From the NCBI GenBank assembly GCA_964016885.1, contig OZ024744.1, positions 87,978,001-88,042,000 of the forward strand: a DNA stretch of 64,000 bases, given 5' to 3'. Shown in pieces: positions 12,545 to 26,109 of the stretch. Numbering within the stretch: position 1 is the first letter of the stretch; each line of letters opens with the position of its first letter. The DNA is from Eledone cirrhosa. Lineage: Eukaryota. The position numbers and the translations under genes were made by a program. Below the pieces are notes generated by a model that did not search any database, had not been told where the DNA came from, and worked only from the letters and a program-made list of their open reading frames with translations.

Positions 12545-12678
12545 TAAAAATGACGTCGACATACAGTACAACAGGAGGAAACATAATAGTACCACTGATG
12601 ATGATGCAAATGTGCAACGAAAGAACTTTGATAGACTATATATATATATTTATATCTGTATTTTTAACCGCTTGTCAA
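12545..12678 (+). mobile_element. Penelope-like pLTR, left part (continues at 15188-15336)
   Basis: Aligns with 39060-39202; interrupted by a Helitron. Confidence 0.75.
12593..12630 (+). ncRNA. minimal type I hammerhead ribozyme
   Basis: CTGATGA-t-gatgca-aatg-tgcaac-GAAA-gaactt-tg; stem I only about 2 bp. Confidence 0.65.
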
Positions 12679-12967
12679 TCTATATATATAAAACTGATAT
12701 TGTCTGTGTGTGTCCCATCATTTTTGCAAAGTCTATACAAATCCAGATTTGTACTCCGATCGACGTCAAACTTGCATTTATATATTTCTTGCGCTCTAAA
12801 GATACTAACTGCCGCTTTTATTTTTCAATATTCTGTTGTTAAAGGGGTGTTAGGCGCCGGTTATCGATCTCCGTCGAGCCCTTATAATATCTGTCTGTAT
12901 GTCTGGCTGTCTACATAAAGACATTCTGACGAACACCTCATTGCTGACGTATTATCTTCGATACATT

Positions 12968-13007
<40 letters not shown>

Positions 13008-13064
13008 CATATATACTTATATATACATATATATACACATATATACATATAAACACACATATAT

Positions 13065-13107
<43 letters not shown>

Positions 13108-13160
13108 AACATATACACATATATAGATATACACATAAATATATATATATATGTATATAT

Positions 13161-13195
<35 letters not shown>

Positions 13196-13469
13196 CAGAT
13201 ACATTGTAGGTTGCTTTAATCCGTCTTTTATTATTCAAAAAACGTCTTGCCAATAAACATTAACCCTTTGTGCGCCATTCATCTAACTGTAGACCAACAA
13301 ATACCAAAAGAAGGAGCGTTGACAAGAACGATGGCAAATGAATGTTCGAGGTAAGCAGTTTCCTCCCTAGCTGTTAGTTCACGCGGGATTCTCTGATACA
13401 CCTTTCCGTAATAATACAACGTACTGCTGGTCACTCCTTCCTCCAAAAGCCGTACAAAGCATCTTTCTC

Positions 13470-14257
<788 letters not shown>

Positions 14258-15337
14258 AAAGAACAGCTTAAAGTTTAAGAAAATAATCGTTGCTTTCAAC
14301 ATTAACGGGATCTTCTGAAACTAAAACATTTAATGTGTTAACACATAAGTAAATATTTCGAGAAACGTTGCAACCGAAGGAAAACAGGTAGACGATATTT
14401 TGGTTCGTGAAGACGTTCCCTGGCAATGAACGGAAAAAGCGACGATAATACGTCGTTATGTGGACCGAGCAGAAGAATTTCATGCAAAGACGAGACCAAG
14501 TTTATGGTGTAAATGGAGTCGTTAGACTAATATTCTATTTAAAATAACAGAATGAATTCCAGCTCCGGAGTTTAAGAATGATGTAAATAAAATTGAAAAC
14601 GAAAATGACAGAGTTTATTAAAATAGTAAAAGTAAATAGTGAAGATTTAGGTCAGTACATACGTATGCGCCGACGGACTCACACATACATATACATACGC
14701 ACACACAAATACATACACACAAATACACACACACACACACGCACGCACGCACGTGCGTGTGTGTGTAAGCCTTATGCATTTCTACAGTATTTTCACCAAA
14801 CTTAAGACATAGGTTACTTATGTACTCCGGATGGTCATGAGCACTTTCCTTTTCCCAGATATTGATTATAGGGCCTCCCGGCAGATAACCCCTTTAACCA
14901 CTTCCTTGGTGTCGACTGAAGCACTGCAGTGCAATGCAACACAACGTCATAACTTCCGGAGTTCGCAACCGATTTTCACAAAACTTGACACATGGGCTAC
15001 GTTTGTTCTACAGAAGAATGTGACTTGGCACATATTGAGTAGAGGACACCTGGGGGAAAGAACCCCCTTTGGGAAAAAGCCGATGATTTTGTAAAAGTAT
15101 AGTTTTCGAAGCAACACTGAAGTATTGACACAAATGGTATACATAGCTGCTATTTAATACCCGAGCAACGCCGGGTACCATTGCTAGTCAATGATAAACA
15201 TTGGGGACTAAATAAATTAACTATGGAGAAATAAAAGATACATAAGTGGAAACCAACTGAGTGTGTTCTGTTATTAATTCTGACAATATTACAACAATAT
15301 GACCCCCAGTATAACTATATTTGTTTCGACACGCGAT

Positions 15338-15414
<77 letters not shown>

Positions 15415-15712
15415 TGGCACTTGTACACATTCACGTGTATATGGTCTTCATTTTTATTGGTTTAAAACAAATGACACATACTATATTAAATTCACGTTTA
15501 AACTGATATTTAATATGCTCATTTATTTAAGCATACACACAAATATAAATATCGCTTGTTAGATACGGAGGCCATATAGGCATGCCGACTGACCAAACCT
15601 ACCTTCGCAAAGATATACACACTTTCTTCTTTGTATATTGCATTCGTTAAAATGGTGTGGAGATATAATACCTAATTCCCGATCTTTTTCTTCTTTTTTT
15701 CTCTCCTTCACT

Positions 15713-15780
<68 letters not shown>

Positions 15781-15786
<6 letters not shown>

Positions 15787-16072
15787 TGTAATAAACAACA
15801 TAAAATAATTATTTCATTTACCAGTGGCATCTTGAAAGCAAACAAAATTTGCTTTCAGTCATGAAAATGAAAAAATCCTGGTGTATTTATTGACAGTGGA
15901 TTTTAATTTTTATTTTTTCATTTTGATGGCTGAAAGCAAATGTTCTTTGCTTTCAAAAAACCAGTGGTAAATGAAATAATTATCTGATTTTGTTTATTAC
16001 ATAACTAATAAGCTCTGTAACCAACATAGAGCACTCTTTTTTCCTGGACCTTTCCGACGGAATTACTTCATT

Positions 16073-16078
<6 letters not shown>
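15781..16078 (+). mobile_element. fold-back element in (TA)n with degenerate HHRs in both arms
   Basis: Arms about 15781-15875 and 15913-16008. Right arm: TTTCATT-TTGATGG-c-TGAAAGCAAA/TTTGCTTTCA-aAAAA-CCAGTGG-TA-AATGAAA. Confidence 0.65.
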
Positions 16079-16165
<87 letters not shown>

Positions 16166-16426
16166 GCTTGATACTTGTGCCTTTATTTTAATCGGTGTTC
16201 AGCCGAGAGGGATAGAAATGGAACCAGCTGACGAATCTTTAGCTACACGAACACAGGGTGACGATATTCAGCGATCAGAGAGGTTTGACGTACAGATCGT
16301 CCACCAGTCGCAATGTCCACCGCAATTACCATAGTTACGACTATCATATATCAATTAAACATCCCACTTATAGTACTAATCCACGTTTTCAGCTGTATAC
16401 AATACATGTATAATTATTCGTGTATG

Positions 16427-16486
<60 letters not shown>

Positions 16487-16570
16487 GTATATATATATGT
16501 GTGTGTATGTGCGCGCGTGTGTATGTATATATGTATGTAAATATATATATATATATATATAATATATTAT

Positions 16571-16604
16571 TGCGTTATGGTCCATCTGGTTCCTTCTCCT
16601 TAGT

Positions 16605-16690
<86 letters not shown>

Positions 16691-16908
16691 TATATATATT
16701 ATATATATATATATATGTGTGTATATATATATATATATGTAATAACTAAGGAGAAGGAACCAGATGGATCATAACGCACCAGAGTACTCAATACTTAGGC
16801 TAGTAGAGTGGGTAATAGGAAAATGTTTGACCCCGACGGCAGAGCTCAAGCCATTTCGACGGCTATTTCTGGACTCCAGAAATAGCCTCCGAGGTCAAAC
16901 ATTTTCCT
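16571..16908. mobile_element. hairpin-element family copy; two tails face each other across (TA)n
   Basis: 16571-16607 and 16742-16778 are reverse complements; matches 12135-12397. Confidence 0.8.
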
Positions 16909-16948
16909 ATATATATATATATATACCCATATATATGCATAGATACAC

Positions 16949-16990
<42 letters not shown>

Positions 16991-17526
16991 CCATATATAT
17001 ATATATAATATCATACATATATAAATATATACATAATGAGTGAGTGTGTGAGAATGTGTGTATGCGTGTAGTGTAGATACGATTCACCGAGAAACAGATA
17101 TTATATACTCTTACACATATAATCTCGACATAAACCACCATCCTGTTATTCTGAAATCTAAAAGAAGACATTATTGCAAATACTTAAGGCGTACACAGCT
17201 GAGCCCTGTGATGCAGGGAAATCTCGGTCTCCTTTGAAAATCTATACAATAATAACACCACTACAAATAATAATACACTCATACAGGTTTTCTGTGTATA
17301 GACTTATATATACCTTAACGCCCACTAAACACAATTAGGTTCTCCTCCCTGTCTCATACAGGTGTTGTACACAACAAGAAAACAAGTGCATCGCTCAAAA
17401 GATCAAGATCAAACTGTCTATCTCTCATGTGAAGTATGACCTTATATGTCACTACCCGACAATTAAGCTAAACATCAAAGTTTTTGATTCAAATAGGTGA
17501 AGCGATCATCTTCCTCTTTCGCTGTG

Positions 17527-17573
<47 letters not shown>

Positions 17574-17636
17574 TACAAATACACATACACACACATATAT
17601 ATATATATACACACGTACACATACACACACACTCGC

Positions 17637-17719
<83 letters not shown>

Positions 17720-18202
17720 TGCATGTATATATGTGCGTGTCCGTGCCTGTGTATACTCTCGTTCGGATGCGTACATGTGTTATTAGTATTTCTATAGTTT
17801 ACAAATTAGAGATAAAGACATCTGCAAATAAATACATACAATATATTATATTTCTTCCTTTGCCCCGTAAATCCTAGTGGAGTTGTAGAGACGCCGTAGT
17901 GATATATAACATTTTGGGGAGGCTTTTATTTTAAAACCTTGGGGATCTCCTCTCTTTCTACATGCCTGAACCCAGGCTGTTTCTTCCTGGAAAGGAGAGA
18001 AGGGGGTTGAGAAGAAGAGATAAAGAGCTTCAGAAGAAGAATCGAGCATCGTATTGAACGGGTAATTTATTTATAGAGCTAGAAAGATGAAAGGCAAAGT
18101 TGAACTTGATGAGATTTGATCTTAGCGGCGAGAAGGAATACCACAAATCATTATATCCAAAGTTCTAACGGCACTGTAAATTCACTGCCAATATATTATA
18201 AT

Positions 18203-18547
18203 AAGGCAAAGTTAACCTTGTGGGGAGTTCAAATCCAGCCAAGGTTAACTTTGTCTTTCATCCTTACGGGATCGATAAAATAAAATACCAGTAATGCACT
18301 CGGTGTTTGCTGGCCTTGTGCCAAAAGTAGAAACAATATAATATAATATAGTATAAAGAGCGGGGGATTGGCAGTACCGGTAGAGCATCAGACACCATGC
18401 TTTGCAGCATAGATTTATGGCCCCTTACGTTCTGAGTTCAAATCCTGCCGAGGTTAACTTTGCCTTTCACCCTTACGGGGTCGATAAAATAAAGTACCAG
18501 TAATATACTGGAATAATTGCTGGCCTTGTGCCAAACTTAGAAACAAT

Positions 18548-18548
<1 letters not shown>
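18203..18548 (+). mobile_element. two tandem SINE copies (partial, then full at 18357-18548)
   Basis: Core and tail motifs present twice. Confidence 0.8.
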
Positions 18549-18608
<60 letters not shown>

Positions 18609-18824
18609 CCGACCGAACTAGAAACTTCTAAATGTGTGGCAGCCTTCTTGTCTCTGCCTTTTCAGCCCCATGGATTATATTCCTTTATTAAATGTCGAAT
18701 ACCTGATGATGTCACCGGATTCATACTGAACCCGTTCATTGAAATGTTCATAATATAATAAACCTTTAAGGAATTGCAACGGTCCAGCCTCCTGTTATTT
18801 TATAATATATATATATATATACAC

Positions 18825-18874
<50 letters not shown>

Positions 18875-18924
18875 ATATTTGTATGTATGTATATTTATCT
18901 ATATATGTATACATGTATGTATAT

Positions 18925-19265
18925 ATGGTGGATGCCAACTCATTTTCGAATACGGCCACTACTTTATATACACGTAGGAGAACCCCTACCGATGCGCGAG
19001 AACCCCTACCGAGTATGACTTTTTAGTCCAGCCAGCGACTTGAAAATTCTGGTACAAACACTAAACATGTGACAATTATTGTGACATAGTGCTGGGCCGA
19101 TGGTACCATGTGACGACATGTGCAGAGAGATCTCCAGATATAAAGCAATGCCTGTGCTGTGAAGCTTTTATAGTGAGCAAAGGCACTGCACAAAGCCAGT
19201 CCCACTCTCTTAACCAAGATGATATTTACCAAAAAGAAGAACAAGTCAACATCATTGGATACCAT
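18925..19265. repeat. unclassified dispersed repeat (second copy 48300-48632)
   Basis: Highly similar over about 330 bp; both copies begin ATGGTGG(A/C)TGCCAACTC after TA. Confidence 0.85.
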
Positions 19266-19311
19266 AAATGTATGTATCTCTCTCTCTCGCTTGCCCTCAC
19301 TCTCTCTATCT

Positions 19312-19480
19312 GTATTTATAAATTTATAAATTTATAAATTTAACTTATAATAAATTGGAGTGAAAGCACTGGTGCGTGTGTTTCTTATTGGCAACATGAC
19401 CCTCCCAAAGCATAACAATATCGGTTTCAACACACGTTTTCAAATAAAGAATCTTGCTAAACAAATTCAGAAACGAAATA
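19312..19480 (+). mobile_element. Penelope-like pLTR tail fragment
   Basis: Matches 62950-63100; encodes MTLPKHNNIGFNTRFQIKNLAKQIQKRN, then (TA)n. Confidence 0.8.
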
Positions 19481-19680
19481 TATATATATATATATATATA
19501 AATATATATATATATAAAAATTTCAGGTTATCAATAATGTAGTGATAATATATCGTTACGAATACTTGCTAACATTATATGATTACGCAAGCAGCGATAC
19601 ATAGGTATTCTGTCTGTTACGTATGTCAATACCTAATAAATTCCTATTTAAAAAAAGCACTTTCATTTTATATTCATCCT

Positions 19681-19771
<91 letters not shown>

Positions 19772-19805
19772 TACATATATATACATATATATTTATATAT
19801 CATTA

Positions 19806-20744
19806 TCTATAAAAGGCAGATTGTTGCGGTGTGTGTGTATGTGTGTGTATGTTCCATGTTTATACATTTGCACAATTTCAAACCGATTCCACTCAACGTC
19901 TGTAAGAATGTTGGAAATGGTCTAAGGTGGGTCAACGACTACTTATTTATTTCAATCTCACCCACAACTACGGAAATAATCGATAAAACTAAATACATGT
20001 CGCTTTACCCCTCCAATACAATCTGATACCCTCTCTTTACTCCCCTTAAAATACATACATGCTGCAACTTTCTCTTCTATACGCTTAAACTTGCAAACTT
20101 CCTTTAGGAACGCCGGAGAAAGAAGAGAGAGAGAAGAGAGAGAGAGAGAACGTTTGTTTTTGAGTGTGGAACGGTCAAACATTTATTTACTTCAATGACA
20201 AAGAGAACTTATTACATTTCATACGAAACAACAATTATTCAAAAGCAACAGATAAATTTATTCAACAACAAAAAAAATAGCGATAAATCTTTTTAAAAAC
20301 ATCTCTCAACGAACGTGGAAGAAAGAAGTATCAATTTATTTACTATACACAATAATATCCTCTATGAGGTCACTAAACCTGCTAGAAACAGCAGCTAACT
20401 CTCGCCCATATGACACACCTCCCTACTGTCTTAAATTTAGAAAACACACATTAGACAACCATGCCGAACTAATCCATCGCAGCTCTGTTGTTCGGCTGGC
20501 ATCGTCTACGCGCGTGTAGCGCAGTACTGTGAAACAATAAATTTCAACACTTATTTGCACAGAGATAATATCCATAGGCGAAACTACAATTGTCACTGCT
20601 GGCGCAGCTCCTGCTTCGGCAGTCCAGCTCTGCAATTCATTCACCCAGTGCCTGGCAGACAAAAAAAGTGCTGCCATAAAATGGGTGGTGCAACCTAATT
20701 TTGGTAACTTACTGACCCCGAGCAACGCCGAGCTTTAATGCTAG
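19806..20744 (+). mobile_element. non-autonomous Helitron
   Basis: A|TCTATAAAAGGCAGATTG..TGTGTGTATG..AAACCGATT start; CCCGAGCAACGCCGAG..CTAG|T end. Confidence 0.7.
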
Positions 20745-20778
<34 letters not shown>

Positions 20779-20784
20779 TAGATA

Positions 20785-23372
20785 GATATCTTTCTTTATT
20801 TTCCATAGGGGCGTACACAAATGGAACATTACAAGACGTGAAGGCGGGGATTTTACATAAAAATAACTTTAACATTAATAAATAACAGTAAACTATATAT
20901 AATAAAATAACAATTGAAATCCCCAATAGCGGGGAACGTTACTGCAGGGTTGTTTTACACCCCGTGGATAGAACAACCTTCAACACCAGGAACATGTTTT
21001 GTAGGTGTTCCTGTCATCCCTCTGTTTATCTTCCTCAACCTACAGGTTTATATACAGAGAATGCCCATTCACTCGGACCATTTTTGCCACATTCACCCAC
21101 CTTTCAACGAATTTACTGGGGTGTAGCACCTCTCTCTCCACTCTCACCTTCCTTCTGAAGTGATACTTAAAGAAGAGGATAAGTTGTTGTCCGGAGAAAG
21201 GTGTTTGCCCTCAGTCCTTTTAACCTCGTCCACCATATTACACCTTTCGCCATAGCCACCAGACAGAGGAAAACCGCCTCTCCTTCGTTCTTAAATGAAG
21301 GCGGTGGGGTGATCCTCACGATGGACACGGCTGACAACTGGATGCGTCCCACACGTGACAGCAGCTGTTCGACATAATTCCACACGTCCGTCACCACTGA
21401 CCAAAGCCGCCCGCCTTGAGAACTGCTTCCAAGTATTGATGGTCGATCCCATCAAATGCCTTAGACTGATCTAAATTGATCAGAGCCCCACCAAAGCCAG
21501 GTTTACACCCGACCCTCTCTATGATGTATCGCATGCGGTGGAGGTTGTCGTGTATGGACCTGGTTGGGATTGTACACGTTTGGGCTTCCCCTACTAGGTT
21601 CTCGACGACAAGCGCGAGCCTTGCTGCTAACACCTTGGCTAAAATTTTAACTCTGTGTTGAGCAGAGTTATGGGCCTAAAATTGCTTATCTCATCCCCCT
21701 TGTTCTCATCTTTCCTGATCAGCGTTACTACGCCTCTGCCTACAGAACTGGGAATCCTCCCTTCCTGCTGCCAGTTACAGTAGACCGCTTCGAGGACGCC
21801 AGAGAACAAGTCTGGCATGCCTAAGTAAACTCATAGGATAGAGCACCGAAACCGGGTGATTTGCGTTTCCCGCAGTGGCCCAAGGCATCTTCTATTTCGC
21901 CCGCTGTGATCGGCCTTTCGCAGCTCTCTGCATCCGTGCTCGAGAGTCACGGTACACCGTCAAGGTAGGAGCTGAAGTCCATCACCTCGCTCGATACCGC
22001 TTTGCCCGAACAGTTGTGCAAAATGTTGCTGGAAGGCCGCACATATCTGCTTGGATTCAAGTATAATGCGTCCATCTTTGTCTTGCAAAGACCGAATTGT
22101 GGATTTGTTGCCACTTTTCGCCTCTACCACTCGGGCCTAGCTAATAGCTTTGGTTCCCTCGTTTCTTAGAGCACGTGTTCTACTTCTGACAATACAACCT
22201 TCGTGTTTCACGTTGAAGAACTGGTCTAGTGCCGTTCTCGCCGCTAGCACGTCAGCTGCACTGCCATTCCTTAGTGCCTCTTCTATTTTAACTACCAGTT
22301 CCTTTTCAGTTTTGTTTCTTTCTAAAGCTACTTCCTTGCTAAATGCTATCGATTATATTCTAATTTCTCTCTTGAGAGAGCTCCACCACCTGTTGTTGAC
22401 GATTGCCCCCGTCAACTGACACTTAACTAAGGTGCTAATCCGTTTACTGTAGGCCTTACGCGCCGGGAGCGATATGTTTAGCTTCCAGTATCCGGGTCTC
22501 TGTCTATGTGTTCTATCAAGGTTGACTACGCAGGTGACTAATTTGTGGTCTGAATAGGCAAGCATGTGTATTTTTTGAACAGCTTAATGTTTCCTTATCA
22601 TTCTGCCTAATTAAAAATCTATCTAAATACGATCTAGAAGACCCAGTGTTGTTGCTCCACGTCCACAGTGGTGCACGTAGGAAGTCTAGTCGATATCTAT
22701 CAGCCAGTTGGAATTGACTGATGAGATTTTTGAGGCTATTACACCCCCCTCTATTATCATAAGCTCCTACATATTCCCAACGTGCGTCTAAGATGCCATT
22801 CAAATCACCTGCTAACACTAAGGAGCGAGACGTTCCCAGGAATGGCTCCAGACGCTTGAAGAACTCTGGTCGCGATGTCCAAGTCGGAGCATATACGGCC
22901 ACCAGTCTGAAAGCTCCACCTTCACTACCATTCACGTCCAGGACCACCAGGCTGCCCTCCGGGTCTAAGTGAATCGTCTGTATTTTGAGATCCAAGTTTT
23001 TTCGAAACAGAACAGCAACTCCCCCTCCACTTCCTGGCTGACAGAGAGATGCGTAGATCTCAAAGTCATCGAACATGGGGGTTAGCTGCTGCTTGTCGTG
23101 AATCCTGGACTCGGTGATGGCTATCACATCTATACAATGTGACCTGAGATCATTTAAAAGCTGGCCCTGTTTCCAGGACATGCCCAGGCCACGTACATTC
23201 AAACATCTACCTTGTATAGTCGCCATGTTTGTGAAGAAGAGAAAAGGCAGGAACACTTAACTTTTCGTTTCCTGGAAGCCGGGTTGTTCGATCTCCATAT
23301 CCAGATTGGTGGTGTTTGGGGAGGGAGGGAATCCTTTTATCAGGACACGGTTAATGGGCTTTTGGCAAGAGG
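20785..23372 (-). mobile_element. Tx1/L1-like LINE, internally deleted (ORF1 end, APE, RT N-terminus, C-terminus, 3' UTR)
   Basis: 246-aa APE ORF at 22516-23256 (LNVRGL, AGDLNGIL, SYLDRFL); DQSKAFD; KGVIWWTRL; 3' end runs into TATCTATC. Confidence 0.92.
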
Positions 23373-23409
23373 ATAGATAGATAGATAGATAGATATATAG
23401 ATAGATAGA

Positions 23410-25195
23410 AGAATAAATTTCTTTATTAGCCACAAGGGCACAAAAGAAGGGGGAAAATGTACAACCCTCATCTCCAGGAGTACCAAGATTGAGCATTCCC
23501 CTCCTCTCTTTCTCTTTTTCCTCAACCTACAGGCTTATATAGAGAGAAGGCCCAACCACTCGGGCCATCTTTGCCACATTCAGCCACGGCATCCCCAGCC
23601 CTCCGTTTGAAGGGTGTTGGCAGCAGATGGATCTTCTCATCTTGGAACCCGCTTCTTTCAAAGGAATTGGAAGAGCGCGCGCTCCATTTTGGTGAGCGTT
23701 TTGGCTGGACAAGGCACGACGGTCAAGCGGTAGTAGATGACGGACGCTATAAAAGTGTTCGACACCTCCGCTCAGCCTTTCAAGGATAGTTTGCACTCGG
23801 CCCATTTCGGGGTGAGCGCAAACACCTTGGCCGTCACCTCGTTCCAGTTCTTCGCCACCTGGAGGTCCGGACCAAACCAGACCCCGGGCAGCTTTACTGA
23901 TCCTTCCGTCCAGCGTCCGACGACGCCATCGGTAGGCATCGTTCCGAGTTGCAAACCGACGGATTTGTCCCGGGTCAGCTTCGCTCCTGTGAACCTTTCA
24001 TATTCCTTCAGTAAGGTGCCGACCTCATCAATTTGCGAGGTGCTCGACACCATTAGGGTCACGTCATCGGCGTAGGCGTACAAATCTTTTCGCAGTCCTT
24101 GTTCCAAAAGGATGCCCTGCAATAACTCCAATCTACGCAGTAGTGGCTCGAGAGTCAGTACATACAGAAGGGGGGAAAGAGGGCATCCCTATCGAATGGA
24201 TCGCGTGATATGGAACGGCTCCGAGAGGTAGCCGTTCACCTTCACCCTTGAGCAGATGTTACTGCTGTGCATTGCAGCAATTCAGCCCTTGAACACGGGT
24301 CCGAATCCTGCCGCCTCGAACACCGCATCCAAGTAACGATGGTCAACCCTATCGAAAGCCTTAGACTGATCAAAGTTGATCAGGGCCCCACCGAAGCCGG
24401 GTTTAGAACCTACCATCTCTATGATGTATCGCATGAGGTGGAGGTTGTCGTGTATGGACCTGGTCGGGATTGCGTATGTCTGCGCTTCTCCCACCAGATT
24501 TTCGACGACAAGCGCCAGCCTCTTTGCCAACACCTTGGCCAAAATCTGTAACTCTGTGTTTAGCAGAGTTATGGGCCGGAAGTTGCCTATGTCATCCCCC
24601 CGATTCTCGTCCTTCCTGACTAGTGTGACTACGCCCATGGTCACAGAACTGGGAATTCTTCGGTTCTGCTGCCAGTTGCAGTAGACCGCTTCCAGGAGAA
24701 CGGAGAACAAGTCCGGCATTGCTACGTAAAATTCGTAGGGTAGACCGTCGAGACCTGGAGATTTGCGTTTTCCGCTTTGGCTGCGCGTCCCCTATCTTAG
24801 CGGCCGAAATCGGCCTTTCGCAGAACTTGGCCTCGCTGTCCGAGAGTCGCGGTAGGCCGTCGAGGTATGGACCGAAATCCATAGCCCCTCCCGGTGCCCC
24901 GCCCTGCCCTAACAGTTGAGCAAAGTGCCGCTGAAAGGCCTCGCACATCTGCTTCGGCGCACGTATCACGCGTCCGTCTTGGACCTTCAAAGAACGAATC
25001 GTGGACTTGTTGCCATTTTTCGCCTCCGTTACTCGGGCCCAGCTAACAGCTTTGGCTCCCTCGTTTCCCAGAGCACGTATTTTGCTTCTGACAACGCAGC
25101 CTTCATGTTTTGCGTCGAAGAACTGGTCCAGGTCGTTCTCGTCGCTAGCACGCTGGCTACGTTGCCTCTTCTACTTTATCTACCAGTTTCTTTTC
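23410..25195 (-). mobile_element. Tx1/L1-like LINE, RT region and 3' end
   Basis: FRPITLLNTE, DQSKAFDRVDH, AYADDV; 3' end followed by (TCTA)n at 23373-23408. Confidence 0.92.
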
Positions 25196-25231
25196 GGTCC
25201 TTTTCGGTCTTATTTCGGTCCTTTTCGGATG

Positions 25232-25920
25232 TTATTGTATGTGTGGATATGTATGTTTTGAGTTGTATGTGTGCATCTGCATATGCTTTGTATCTGTATG
25301 TGTATATGCAGTTTTTAGATGCAACATTTTTTGGAATGTTTTACATATTTTTACTGTTCCATTAATGGATTGTACTTGTAATTTCCTAACTAGGTGTGTT
25401 CTTTCTGTTCCTGTGAAGCCCAGCTTCTCAAGATTTGTATTGAGGCAGTTACTAACATACCCCAGTGCCCCAATAATCACAGGCAAAAAGCTGAAGGTGT
25501 AATCAGGGTGGAGTATCTGCAGATTTCTCATCAGTTCTGTATAAATATTCTCCTTTTCGCTAACCTTTGATATCACATTGGCTGGACAGTTAATTTCCAC
25601 TACTGTGGATGCCTTCTTTTCCCTGTCCCTTATCATAATATCTGGTCTATTATGCCTGCCTTTTATTGGGGCTTTTACTGGAACATTCCACCAGTAATCT
25701 TTCATATTATTTATATGTATGCCTCCCACATTGCTGTAGCTTTTAATGTGTTTATTATTAGGGCTATGTTTCCTTATTCAGGATTGCATTGTAGTGTTTT
25801 GGCCACTACATCATGCCTCATAGGCAGATAGTACCGCGATGAAATCTTTGGACAGCTACTTATAACATGAGTGACATCTTCGATGTTGATTCTGCAGAGT
25901 CTGCACTTGTCACACCTAGG
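25232..25920 (-). mobile_element. R4/Dong-like non-LTR retrotransposon C-terminal RLE fragment
   Basis: WWNVPV..HNRPDIMIRD..VVEINCP..KVSEKENIYTEL..PVIIGALG. Confidence 0.8.
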
Positions 25921-25933
25921 TGTTTTGCCTGAC

Positions 25934-26002
25934 TATGTATGTATGTATGTATGTATGTATGTATGTATGTATGTATGTATGTATGTATGTATGTATGTAT
26001 GT
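25934..26002. repeat. (TATG)n microsatellite
   Basis: Direct inspection. Confidence 0.95.
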
Positions 26003-26109
26003 ACGTACGTATATTATGTATGTATGTATTTATTTCTGTATGTATGTACATGTTTGTGTCGCATGTATGAGTGTCACTAAGTGAGTTTTTTTCCATGCGC
26101 GGGGACATA

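Noticed and set aside
16190-18070. Candidate internal exons after polypyrimidine-AG at about 16202, 17362 and 17877
   Set aside because: The first two give early stops in phase with the putative first exon, and none gives a recognisable protein motif
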